DNA from: Cenarchaeum sp.
Lineage (GTDB): Archaea > Thermoproteota > Nitrososphaeria > Nitrososphaerales > Nitrosopumilaceae
DNA: 64,000 bases
Direction of reading: 5' to 3'
Assembly: GCA_965242695.1 (NCBI GenBank)
Contig: CBDESU010000002.1
Span: 1,280,001-1,344,000 of the forward strand
Position 1 is the stretch's first letter. The number at the start of each line of letters is the position of its first letter. Positions 19,454 through 29,489 of this stretch are shown here, in pieces. A program made the position numbers and the translations under genes. The notes beneath the pieces were generated by a model. The model was not told where the DNA came from and did not search any database. It worked only from the letters and a program-made list of their open reading frames with translations.

Positions 19454-22293
19454 CGCAGCACCGCCTCCCTTGCTGCATCGACGGCCTCTTTTTTCCTAGA
19501 GGCGTCCTTGCAGCCGCCCTGCGCGAACCGCGCGCCGCCGCCCCCTGACCCGCCGGCGGCCCCTGCCACGTCCCGCACGATCCCGGACGCGTCCCTGCCC
19601 GACTCGGGCCCCGCGTACGCGACGATCCTGACCGTGCGGCCCTCGCCGAACACGCCGCAGTACGACGCGCCTGGGTCGGCCTCTACGAGGCGCCTCCCGA
19701 ACTCTACATGGAACGTCTCGCCCAGGCCGTCCCCCCCGGCCACGCATGCCCTGCGCCCGTCCCGCACCCGCACCTCGATCCCGTCCAGCCTCGACGACTC
19801 CCCCTCGGGGACGGCCATCGCCTCCTCCAGCATGCCGGGCACGCGCCGCTTGTCGGCCTGCCGGGCCTCGGCCCTGGCCCTGTCGCGCTCGGCCTTTGCC
19901 TCCTCGGCCTTTGCCTCCTCGGCCCTTGCGGCCTCCGTCTCTTCCTCTTCTCCGCCCCCTGCCCCGGGGCCTGTCACGAACTCGAGTCGGACGACCCCGT
20001 CCTGTATGCGCTTGGCCCTCGTGATCCTCAGGGCCTCGACCTGGCCGGTCCGCCCGACATGGGTGCCGCCGCACGCCTCAGAGTCTATGTCGCCTATCGA
20101 GACGATCCGCACCGAGCTGACGGGGACGACGCCTCCCTGGTATATGCGAAAGCCGTACTCGCGCTCGGCCGCGCCCCTGTCCAGGCTGCGTATTGCGACG
20201 GCGTAGTCGGCCCGTATGATCGAGTTTGCCGCGTCCTGGATGCGCCCGACCTCTTCGGGCGTCAGCGGCGAGTGGTGCGTCACGTCGAGCCTGGCGTGGT
20301 CCTCGTCCTTGAACGCCGAGTGCTGCCACACCCAGGAGCCGAGGATGGAGCGGGCCGACGCGTTGAGTATGTGCGTGCCGGTGTGGTTGCGCGTTATGGC
20401 GGCCCGCCTTTCGACGTCGACCGTACAGCGGACGGTCCCGCCCCTTCCCCACCCCTTGATATCCTCGTAGCCTGGCAGGAACCTGGCCGTGCCGCACGGC
20501 CTCGCGTCCTCGTCGGCCAGCGCCCCGGCGTTCCCCTCGACGGTATGCACGACGATGCCGCCGTGCCTTGACACGTCCGTCACGCGGAGGCCCCCGATCG
20601 CGCCGCGGTCGGGCTCCTGCCCGCCGCCCCTTGCGTAGAACGACGTCCTGTCGAGCACGACGCTGGATCCGCCTGCCCACAGCACCTGCGCGTCAAACTC
20701 CATGGGGTCGTCGCCGTAGAAGAGCAGCTCTGTATCGGGCAGCGAGGCGACGGGCACGCCGTACGGCGCCTCTTTCCCGCCGCCGGCCCCCTGCGCGCCG
20801 CGCCGGCCGGGCCCCCGCAGCTCGGCGAGCCTCGTGTAGAACGCGGGCGGCACCTCGGCTATGACGCCGGCCTCCAGCAGGTAGTCGGGCGTGACGCCGT
20901 CGGACTCGTACAGGGTGATCAGCTCGGACACGGACGGCTGCCTAGCCTTGACCCCTTCCGCCCCATTCCCGCCGGACATCTTGGCCGCAATCTTCTCGAT
21001 GCGCCGCCGCGACTGCCCGTACCGCCCCACCTCTATGCCGAGTATGCGCTTTACGTCGCCGCCGGCCTCGGCCAGCTCGGGGTACGTGCGCGACAGGTAG
21101 CCGACGTGCAGGTCGACCATCTCGTCGATGTCGAGCGCGCCGCCCGTACCGCCCCGCCCCCCGAGCCTGCCGGCCGTGTCGACGATGCGGCGCAGCATCA
21201 TGCGCAGGTTGTACCCGCCGCCGACGTTGCTCGGCAGGGCGCCGTCGGCGATGGCAAAGACGAGCGTCCGGATATGGTCGGCGATCATGTATGCGGCCTC
21301 TAGCGGCGCGATGCTCCTGCGCACGTCGGCCTCGGACAGGCCGGCGGCCCGGGCCGCCGCAAGCCTTGCCTTTTGCAGGTCGCCTCCGTGCTCGTCGGCC
21401 GCCCGGGCGACGGCGGCAAAGTACGCGCGGGCCGCCTCCGATCCGGCGTCGGCGCCTAGGGCCTCGGCGGCGCGCGCCGCGACCGGACCAAAGCAGCAGT
21501 CGTACGCCGTCGGCGTGCCCATCGTTATCCACGAGAGGCGCTCCAGGCCGGCGCCCATGTCGATGACCCTGCGGTCGAGCTGCTCGTGCTCGCCGAGGCG
21601 GCCCTGGAACTCGGTGAATACGGCGTTGCCGAGCTCTAGGCCCCTCACAAAGTACTCTAGGGACGGGCCGAACGAGCCGCCGCCCTCCCACACGTCCTCT
21701 ACGTACACGATCTCGTCGCGGGGTATGCCGAACGGGCCGGTCAGCATCGCGTGGTCGAGGCGGACGCACTCGTCCTTCCAGTACCCGCCCGGCTCGTCCG
21801 GGACGGCGTGCTGGCCGACCATGCAGAACGACGAAAAGTGCCTTCCCGTGACCCCAACGTTCTCTAGGTCCTTGAAGCGCAGGCACGTCTGCGGGACGAC
21901 GAGCGGGTTTGCGGGGAACTCGAAGACGACCCTTGATCCCATCACGCGCTGAAAGTCGACGATGCTAGCGATCGTAAAGTGCAGGTCCTCGCGCCACCTG
22001 CACACGACGGGGTAGCGCTGGACTGGCGTGTGGCCGTTTGACGAGAAGAACGACTCGATCTCGGACCACGCGGCGGCGTAGTCGAGGCGCCTTGCCGTCG
22101 GCGGGTCGCCGATGAACGAGTACGCCGAGGCGCGGTCGTGGTCGGGGCACAGGTCCCTCGGCGTGGCGGACCAGAAGAACCGACCGCACCTGGCGCAGGC
22201 GGCGCGCGCAAACCCCTCGTCCCCGAACAGGCCCACCCTGTAGTACCTGTCCGGCTCTGACGAGAACTCGGCGAGCAGCTCGGACTTTTCCAC
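19450..22293 (-). CDS. alaS: Alanine--tRNA ligase
   Basis: 'RYPVVCRWR..FTIASIVDFQ', 'GLELGNAVF', 'DMGAGLERL', 'ADHIRTL', editing 'NHTGTH' and 'EACGGTH', C-terminal 'GGGARFAQGG'. Confidence 0.97.
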   Translation of the reverse strand: MEKSELLAEFSSEPDRYYRVGLFGDEGFARAACARCGRFFWSATPRDLCPDHDRASAYSFIGDPPTARRLDYAAAWSEIESFFSSNGHTPVQRYPVVCRWREDLHFTIASIVDFQRVMGSRVVFEFPANPLVVPQTCLRFKDLENVGVTGRHFSSFCMVGQHAVPDEPGGYWKDECVRLDHAMLTGPFGIPRDEIVYVEDVWEGGGSFGPSLEYFVRGLELGNAVFTEFQGRLGEHEQLDRRVIDMGAGLERLSWITMGTPTAYDCCFGPVAARAAEALGADAGSEAARAYFAAVARAADEHGGDLQKARLAAARAAGLSEADVRRSIAPLEAAYMIADHIRTLVFAIADGALPSNVGGGYNLRMMLRRIVDTAGRLGGRGGTGGALDIDEMVDLHVGYLSRTYPELAEAGGDVKRILGIEVGRYGQSRRRIEKIAAKMSGGNGAEGVKARQPSVSELITLYESDGVTPDYLLEAGVIAEVPPAFYTRLAELRGPGRRGAQGAGGGKEAPYGVPVASLPDTELLFYGDDPMEFDAQVLWAGGSSVVLDRTSFYARGGGQEPDRGAIGGLRVTDVSRHGGIVVHTVEGNAGALADEDARPCGTARFLPGYEDIKGWGRGGTVRCTVDVERRAAITRNHTGTHILNASARSILGSWVWQHSAFKDEDHARLDVTHHSPLTPEEVGRIQDAANSIIRADYAVAIRSLDRGAAEREYGFRIYQGGVVPVSSVRIVSIGDIDSEACGGTHVGRTGQVEALRITRAKRIQDGVVRLEFVTGPGAGGGEEEETEAARAEEAKAEEAKAERDRARAEARQADKRRVPGMLEEAMAVPEGESSRLDGIEVRVRDGRRACVAGGDGLGETFHVEFGRRLVEADPGASYCGVFGEGRTVRIVAYAGPESGRDASGIVRDVAGAAGGSGGGGARFAQGGCKDASRKKEAVDAAREAVLR

Positions 22294-22416
22294 GCCGCCG
22301 CCGCCCCGGGCCGGGGGTTAAAAGATAACCGCCGGCGCGGCCCCGTTGCGGGGCCGCCGCGCGGCGCGCTGCCCTGAATCTTGATATTGGGCCGGCGCGG
22401 CGGCCGGCCCGCAGCG

Positions 22417-22623
22417 TTGCCGGTAAAGATATTCAGCGGGGTCGACTATATCGTCGAAAAGTCGGTGAACCGCTTTGTAAAGGACGTCCGCGTCCTCGAC
22501 GTGCGCGTGTCCTCGCACGCGCACAAGGACTCGTCGCGCGTCACGGTCCTGATCCTGTACGAGGGAGGCGAGAACCTGCCGGCCCACGCGTCGGGGCCGG
22601 GGCTGGGCGGCCCGACGGTGTAG
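22417..22623 (+). CDS. Small hypothetical protein
   Basis: MPVKIFSGVDYIVEKSVNRF... has protein-like composition and host codon bias; TTG start inferred. Confidence 0.6.
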   Translation: MPVKIFSGVDYIVEKSVNRFVKDVRVLDVRVSSHAHKDSSRVTVLILYEGGENLPAHASGPGLGGPTV

Positions 22624-23049
22624 GCGCGATGCAGGCGCGGCGGCCTCTGCCTCTACCGCTGTCCTTGCGGCGGGACTGCAGTGGGAGCGCGCCGCCGCCT
22701 ACGCCGGGCCCGCCTGGCCGCATCCGCGCCTGCGCCGAGCCGCGCATTAGGCTCCGGGCGCCGCTCCTGCACCCGCGCATCTGCCGCCGATCGGGCCGTT
22801 GGATGCCATGGCGCCATCGGCCGTGGCCGTTTGACGCATGCGGCATGCCGGGGCGCCTTGGCCCTGCAAGGATGTGGCCCAGCCTGCGCGCCTGGCCGCC
22901 GCCTGCGCGTCCCGGGCGGCTCCCGCGCCGCGCATCTGTCCGCGTCCGGCAGGGGCGCATCCTGCATGGCACTCGCTGCTCGAATCGGCGCGCCGCGCGG
23001 CCAAGATGTCGCCTCGCAGGTTTTATAACCCCCCTGCGGGTGGGCAGGT

Positions 23050-23142
23050 CGGCGACGGCGGGAGTCGAACCCGCATAGCACTTGGTGTGTCAAGTGCCGG
23101 CGTGCTCTGAACACGCTGGGCTACCGATTGCCCATCGTCGCC
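23050..23142 (-). tRNA. Atypical type II tRNA, anticodon CAG (nominally Leu), G73 discriminator, long variable arm
   Basis: Hand-folded cloverleaf: GGCGACG/CGTCGCC acceptor, GGGC/GCCC D-stem, GCGTG-TTCAGAG-CACGC anticodon arm, GGCACTTG/CAAGTGCT variable stem, GCGGG-TTCGACT-CCCGC T-arm. Confidence 0.85.
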
Positions 23143-23516
23143 ATTTCTAATGAAAAGTGCAGTCTAATGTACCTTCATAGCAGGTAATATGCGGTCTATT
23201 GTACAGTCCATCGCACCTGGGTTCACGGGTTGCGTGCCCCCGCCTGCCTCGTCCGCGCCGGCACCCCCGTCTGCCGATGCGGATGCACGGCTGGTCGCCC
23301 CCCCCGTCGCGGTTGCACCTCGCGGCTCGCCATGCGCGGACATGCGCGCGCTTGCTACCGCTCCGCACGCGGGCTAGGATGCCCCCGCCGCGCATCTCCG
23401 AACTCCCTCCGGATGTGCCGCGTCGCGCCGCATCCACCATTCCTGGGACGCCGCCGGGCCGGCAGTCCATGTAAGGCGCCCCCTATCAATAAATACCGCG
23501 GCCGTCCCGCAACGCC

Positions 23517-24041
23517 GTGTTTGGCCGCAAGCCGTCGGGGTGGCGCGAGGGCGTCCACGTGTTCACTACGAGGCCCAACGGGGACTACAGCGACTTTGTG
23601 TTCGGGATGGTCACCGGGGTCGACGGCGACCGCCTCGGGATCAACGGCGTCGCCGTAAGCCCCGTCGGGCTGCGCAACAAGGTCGAGCAGGGCAAGGCGG
23701 GCCCCAGGTCTGGCGAGATACTCGCGCACCCGACGGCCGACAACTGCATATTCGCGCTCATCTACCGCGTCGAGCAGGACGACTTTACAGAGGTCGTCGA
23801 CGCGTCAAAGTCGCGCGTCGAGATGATCTCCCCAAAGGCGTACGCCGTCCTCGACGGCTGGGTGCGCGAGGAGCTGCCCGAGATGATCAACCGCGTGCTG
23901 TCGCTGCCGCCGGGGCCCGAACGCGAGGCGGCAAGGCGCACCCTCAAGCAAAAGAGCGACACGCTGCTCGACAAGGACCTCAGGCGCAGCCTGTACTCGG
24001 TGTGCCGGAGCCTCAAGATACTCGACGGGCAGGGGGGGTAG
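23517..24041 (+). CDS. Hypothetical protein
   Basis: 174-aa ORF with host codon bias; TATA-like AATAAATA ~25 nt upstream. Confidence 0.8.
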   Translation: MFGRKPSGWREGVHVFTTRPNGDYSDFVFGMVTGVDGDRLGINGVAVSPVGLRNKVEQGKAGPRSGEILAHPTADNCIFALIYRVEQDDFTEVVDASKSRVEMISPKAYAVLDGWVREELPEMINRVLSLPPGPEREAARRTLKQKSDTLLDKDLRRSLYSVCRSLKILDGQGG

Positions 24042-24102
24042 GCGGTGCGGCGAGCCGCGCCGCGGCGCCGCTCCGGCGAGCCGCGCCGCACTGCGCGGGG
24101 CG

Positions 24103-26899
24103 GTGGCGCAATTGGCGGTACTTGAGGACGGCGTCGCGCGCAGGCTGCGCGATTTGCTGCGCTCAAGGGGACTTGATGCCGACTTGCAGGCGGGGGAGGG
24201 CCCGGGGCGCGCAGGCCTGCTCGTCACCCATGATCGCAGGAAGATTGCCATAGAGTGCGAGATGGACGGGCCTGGCAAGAAGAGGCAGGCCGTCGGGGAT
24301 GCGGCCAGAATACTCGCGCCTGTGAGGCGCGCCGACGCGGCGTTTGCCGTCATCTTCCCGCCAAAGTGCTCCGAAAAGACGCTGTTCCACGACACGGTGC
24401 TGGGGGCCAGCGTTGTGGACGACTACGTGGCAGGGGCCTGGCAGGACTGCCCCGCACCCGGAGCAGGAGGTCCCGGGGAGCAGGGCGGCGCCCCTGCGCG
24501 GGTCCGGTGGTCCAAATGCACCGTGGCAGAGCTGGCCGACCGCATACGCGACGTGCACAACGACATGGGAGATCCGGACACGATCGCCGGCAGGCTCCGC
24601 GACGCGGTCGACGATGCCGCCGGCCTGCTCTCGGACGACGAGTGCTGGGGTCTTGGCTCGGGCGCCGGGTTCAAGCCGCGCAAGGACGACTGGCGGCCGG
24701 CCGCGCGCCGGGCCCTGCTCGCAATCGCGTCGGCCTCGCTACTGCATGCCTGGCTCGACCCGCGCCTCCAGGACATGAGGCCCACGACCGACGCGCGCAC
24801 GGGCAGAAGGTTCAGGGGCCCGTGGAACCCCGAAAGCCTCGACGAATGCTACCGCTCCGGCGACGCACGGGAGAGCCTGTCCGAAGCGTGGTCGCTGATC
24901 CTGGCCATCGACTACAAGCCGATATTCGAGATGGGCTTGGCGGCGCTTGCGTCGCTTTACGGCGAGTCGTTTGAGCGTGCCGTGAGAATCGTCGTGAACT
25001 GGTCCCGGTATGCGGCCGGCCAGGCCGTCGAGAGGCGCCACGACATTCTCGGCCGCGTATTCGGCGCACTGCTGGACGATGCGCAGTTCGACGGCTCGTT
25101 CTACACCTCCGTTCCCGCTGCAACGCTGCTGGCCGGCCTTGCCATCCCCAGCGCGCCGGCCCGAAAGGATCTCAAGTCGCTTCGCGTCCTGGATCCCGCA
25201 TGCGGCACGGGGACGCTGCTCATGGCCGCGGCCGAAAGGCTCCGCGGCGCGTCCGGCGGTGATGACGGCCGCATGCGCCTGATCGTGAATGCACTGGAGG
25301 GACTGGACATCAACACGACAGCCCTGAAAATTGCGACCACGACGCTTGGGATGCTGTTGGCTACGGCCAAGTTCGACGACATGAACCTGTACCAGATGCC
25401 CCTCGGCGTGGTAGAGGGGACATCCAAGGTGGCCACCGGATCGCTCGAGCTGTACGCGCACGGGGGCCTGCTTCCGTTCATCGAATGGCCCAATGCGAGG
25501 CCGCCGGGCCGGATCGACGCGGATGCGGGGACGATCGAGCACCGGTACGCGTACTCGGCGGACCTCGTCATCATGAACCCTCCGTACACCCGCAACGACA
25601 AGAGGCACGACCAGCTAGGCGAGGACGTCGAGGCGCGCGTCAAGAAGAGGGAGTCGGAGATACTGGCCATGTCGCCTGTCCGGCTGGACAGGACCAGGGG
25701 CTGATGTTCCTAGTGCTCGGCGAGTACCTCTGCAGCAGGACGGGGACGCTGGCCTGCGTCTTCCCCCTCTCGTCGGCGACGGCGCCGTCGGCGCGAGGCG
25801 TCCGCGCGTTCCTGGCCGAGCGCTTTGACATAGAGTACCTGGTCGCATCGCACGATCCCGACAGGGAGTACTTTTCGGAGAATACGACCATTGCCGAGCT
25901 GCTCCTGGTAATGAGGCGGAAGGGGCGCAGGGGCGGCGGCGGAGGCGCGGCGGCGGAGGCGCGGCGGCGGCGGGGGGTGCCCGCGCCCGCAAGCCGACCG
26001 TCGTCATCAACCTGCTTGAAAATCCGTCCACGGCCGGCGGGGCGGCCGCCCTAGCGGCCGACATCGCCGCCGGCCGGCCGAGCCCGCTCGCGGCGATCGA
26101 CACCGTGTCTGCCGAGCCTGCCGCCGCAGGCGACTGGGGAAGAGTGCTGTTCGTATCACCGCTCCTGCACCGCGTGAGCGAGGACATGGAGGCGGGGCGC
26201 CTCTTCGAGATGGCCAGGCTCGGAGACTTGGCCGACATCGGGTGCGGCAGGGGCGTGCGGGGGTGCTTTGACTCCCGCCAGAGCCCCGACAAGGGCGCGC
26301 GCGCCTCGATGTACGGCCACGACACGTCAAGGGTCGTGAGCATCGAGAACAGGCCGTACTCCTACCTGATTCCCAAGAAGGGCATGGAGGCCAGCGCGGA
26401 CAGGGTCTGGTCCGGGGCGTCGCACCTGCTCTTTCCGGAAAAGCTTCGCCTCAACCTGTCCCACGTGACGGCGGTGTGCTCGCCGGACGAGACTGTGGGA
26501 ACCTCGTGGTACAACGTGCGGCCGCGGGCGGGAGGCGCCGCCGAGCGCCTGCGGTGGTCAAAGGCCATGGCCGTGTTCCTCAACTCGACGCCCGGCATCG
26601 TCGCGGTCCTGGGCATGCGCATACCGACGGTCCTGTCTAGGCCGAGGTTTTCGAGCGCCGGCGCAAAGGGCATGCGGGTGCCGCTCCTCTCGGACGGGCA
26701 GGCCGGGGCGCTGGCGGGAGCGTACAAGAGGCATGCTAGCAGGCCGATCGGACGGTTTGCCGAGCCGGACGACCCCGTCCGGCGCGGCATCGACGATGCC
26801 GTCTCGTCCGCACTGGACATCCCGGGCGGGACGGTGGGGCGCATGAGGTGCGAGCTGGCAAAAGAGCCGATGTGCACCGGCAGGCGGTACGGGGCGTAG
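24103..26899 (+). pseudogene. Type IIG-like fused restriction endonuclease/N6-adenine methyltransferase, split by two frameshifts
   Basis: N-terminal nuclease-like 'IAIECE', 'GSFYT', motif I 'VLDPACGTGTLL', motif IV 'IMNPPY'. Continues in a second frame ('GTLACVFP..FSENTTIAELLLVMRR') from ~25700 and a third frame ('PTVVINL...') from ~25990 to the stop at 26899. Confidence 0.8.
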
Positions 26900-27007
26900 G
26901 ATCCGCCGCCCTGCACGGCTCTGGCCCGTGAGAATGCCCGCCTCGCACTCCCCCGGATCGCGCCCCCGCCTCCACGGTTTAAAGCGGCCCGCGCCGCGAG
27001 CGCATGC

Positions 27008-28162
27008 GTGGACGGAGGCGCATCGAGTGGCGCCAGCGGCGGCGACTTTACGGTCACCCCGTGGGGCGTGAGCGGCGAGATCGACTACGACCGCCTGATC
27101 GAGCGGTTCGGGACGGAGCGCATGACGGACGGGCTGAGGGGCCGCGTGCGCCGCGCCGCCGGCGAGGACCACTTCATGCTGCGCCGCGGCGTCTTCTTCT
27201 CGCACCGCGACCTCGGGCGCATCCTCGACGTGCACGAGTCCGGCGGCCGGTTCTTCCTGTACACGGGGCGCGGCCCGTCGGGGCGCACGCACGTGGGCCA
27301 CCTCCTGCCGTGGGTGTTTGCAAAGTGGCTGCAGGACAGGTTCGGCGTGCGCATGTACTTTCAGCTGACCGACGACGAAAAGTTCTTCTCAAAGCCGGGC
27401 CTGTCGCTCGAGCAGACGACCTCTCTCGCCTACGAGAACGCGCTCGACTTTGCCGCCCTCGGGTTCGATCCCGCCCGCACGCGCATCATAGTGGACACGC
27501 GCGACATCGCCCGCCTGTACCCCATTGCGGCGCAGGTCGCAAAGCGCATCAACTACTCGAACACAAGGGCCGTGTTCGGGTTTACGGGCGAGACCAACGT
27601 CGGCATGATATTCTACACGTCGCTGCAGTCTGCGCCGTGCTTTGTCGAGGACGCGCCGGTCCTCATACCGCTCGGCGTCGACCAGGATCCCCACTTTAGG
27701 CTCACGCGGGACGTGGCGCCGAGGATCGGCAGGCCCAAGCCGGCCCTCGTCCACAATATGATGATGCCGGCCCTGCAGGGGCCAGGCGGCAAGATGTCCG
27801 CGTCCGACGAGAACGGGGCCGTGTACACGACGGACGCGCCGGCGGCGGTCAGAAAGAAGATCAACAAGCATGCGTTCTCCGGCGGGCAGCCGGACATCGA
27901 GGCGCACCGCCGGCTCGGAGGCAACCCCGACGTGGACGTGTCGTACCAGTACCTGCGCATGTTCTTCGAGCCGTCGGACGCGCGCCTCGAAAAGATCAGG
28001 GACGGGTACGTGTCGGGGGCGCTCACGACGGGCGAGCTAAAGGCCGAGCTGATCGACCGGATAAACCGGTTTGCCGAGGCGCACGCCGAGCGGCGCGAGG
28101 CGGCGCGGGACCGCCTCGGCGAGTACATGCCCGAAGAGGGATCAAAGGAGTGGTGGCCGTGA
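27008..28162 (+). CDS. trpS: Tryptophan--tRNA ligase
   Basis: 'FTVTPW', 'LYTGRGPSG..HVGH', 'GVDQDPHFRLTRD', 'KMSAS', 'AFSGGQ'. Confidence 0.97.
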   Translation: MDGGASSGASGGDFTVTPWGVSGEIDYDRLIERFGTERMTDGLRGRVRRAAGEDHFMLRRGVFFSHRDLGRILDVHESGGRFFLYTGRGPSGRTHVGHLLPWVFAKWLQDRFGVRMYFQLTDDEKFFSKPGLSLEQTTSLAYENALDFAALGFDPARTRIIVDTRDIARLYPIAAQVAKRINYSNTRAVFGFTGETNVGMIFYTSLQSAPCFVEDAPVLIPLGVDQDPHFRLTRDVAPRIGRPKPALVHNMMMPALQGPGGKMSASDENGAVYTTDAPAAVRKKINKHAFSGGQPDIEAHRRLGGNPDVDVSYQYLRMFFEPSDARLEKIRDGYVSGALTTGELKAELIDRINRFAEAHAERREAARDRLGEYMPEEGSKEWWP

Positions 28163-28539
28163 ACGGGGACGGCGATGCTGCGGATGCGGCCGCCGCCGGC
28201 ATCGCGGTCAGGGTACGGTGCCGCGACGCGTACGAGGCCCTCAAGCTAGCGAGCCTTGCGTACCCGCACGACGGGCGCGCGCGGGAGGGCGGCGCGTTTG
28301 CCACAGAGGTCGTCTCGGCGTACGGCGAGGAGATCGTGCTGTCGCTGCGCGACGGGTCGGCGCACAGCGTAATGCTCGCCGACGCCGGGCAGGTCGAGAT
28401 GCTCGCCGACTTTATGCAGTCGGTCTCGGACGGCGAGCACGCGATCGCCGGCGCCGAGGCGGCCGGCGCGTCCGTCTCGCTTGCAAAGTCGGCCCAGCCG
28501 GGAGCCGGCCCCGCGCCCGCGGGCGGCGGCGGGGCGTAG
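28150..28539 (+). CDS. Hypothetical protein
   Basis: ORF overlaps the trpS end (alternative GTG at 28159); host codon bias. Confidence 0.7.
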   Translation: MVAVNGDGDAADAAAAGIAVRVRCRDAYEALKLASLAYPHDGRAREGGAFATEVVSAYGEEIVLSLRDGSAHSVMLADAGQVEMLADFMQSVSDGEHAIAGAEAAGASVSLAKSAQPGAGPAPAGGGGA

Positions 28540-28586
28540 GCGCGGCAGGCCGGGAAGGGCCGGCGCCTGCGCGGCGCCCCCGCCGG

Positions 28587-28931
28587 CTAGACGAGGCCCC
28601 TGTCGACCTCGGACTCGACAGACTCCTGCACCTTCAAAAAGTACAGGCGCGTCGAGTAGGGCATCTGGTCCATGCGGTTGTCGATGGCGACCATCAGGTA
28701 CCTGACGGCCCTCTTGGACACCCTCAGGTGGAACTGCAGCGTCATTATCGGGTCGCGCCTGACCGATATCTTGTCCTGCAGCCACGGCGGGGCCATCTCG
28801 ACGGCGTCGGCGACGACCGTGTCGTACCATGACGCGATGTTGTCCGGATCAAGGCCCTCCTTGAGGGCGCCGACCTCCCCGTCGAGCCTCCTGAGCATGC
28901 GCGCTGACAGGTCCCAGTCCACGACTGGCAT
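28587..28931 (-). CDS. Hypothetical protein
   Basis: 114-aa ORF with normal composition, co-oriented with the upstream gene run. Confidence 0.75.
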   Translation of the reverse strand: MPVVDWDLSARMLRRLDGEVGALKEGLDPDNIASWYDTVVADAVEMAPPWLQDKISVRRDPIMTLQFHLRVSKRAVRYLMVAIDNRMDQMPYSTRLYFLKVQESVESEVDRGLV

Positions 28932-28958
28932 GCGCGCTCCGCGCCACTACGCGCCTTG

Positions 28959-29453
28959 TCAGATCCGGCTGCCCTGCTTGTCAAGTATTCTGCCCTCGCG
29001 GTCGATCTCGCCGGCGCGTATGCGGGTGGTCGAGATGCGCGCGCCGTCGCGCGCCCTTACCATCGGGACGACGACGACCTCGACGGGCGGCAGGCCGGCC
29101 TCGGCGCGCAGCCCGTTGAGGACGGCCCCCTGCGGCTCGGTCTCGGCGCTCACGACGAGCGCGCCGACGCGCCGCTCGAGGACGGCCGGCCCGAACACGT
29201 CGTCGAGCCGGCTGATCTCGCACCGCCTGCCGGGGTACCTAGAGGACGCGAGGGCCCCGACGGCGGCGCTCCTCTCGGCGTACGTCAGGGCCGGCGACTT
29301 GCCCCGCCTGGAGGCGAGCCCGTCGCCGGCCACCCCGACTATGACGCGCCCGGCGACCCCGAAGGCGCGGTCGAGCAGGGCCGTGTGGCCCCTGTGTATG
29401 ACGTCGAATGTGCCGCCGGTTGCGGCAGTGTCGAACCGCGGCGCGGCCCCCAT
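28959..29453 (-). CDS. coaD: Phosphopantetheine adenylyltransferase (archaeal type)
   Basis: 'GGTFDVIHRGH', 'LVVSAET', 'ISTTRIRAGEID'. Confidence 0.9.
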   Translation of the reverse strand: MGAAPRFDTAATGGTFDVIHRGHTALLDRAFGVAGRVIVGVAGDGLASRRGKSPALTYAERSAAVGALASSRYPGRRCEISRLDDVFGPAVLERRVGALVVSAETEPQGAVLNGLRAEAGLPPVEVVVVPMVRARDGARISTTRIRAGEIDREGRILDKQGSRI

Positions 29454-29489
29454 CCGTCGTCTCCTCCCAGCTGGGGCCCACGGGCGCCG

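Noticed and set aside
18825-19478. Apparent 217-aa N-terminal extension of LeuRS (1277-aa ORF)
   Set aside because: Arg/Gly-rich shadow frame overlapping the real C-Ala-like gene; LeuRS homology starts at IDW, and a GTG start overlaps the upstream stop.
23105-23112. Reading the atypical tRNA as tRNA-Sec (UCA)
   Set aside because: With the 5-bp stem the anticodon register is CAG and UCA sits one base off; the fold is 7/5 rather than 9/4, and no Sec machinery is in the window.
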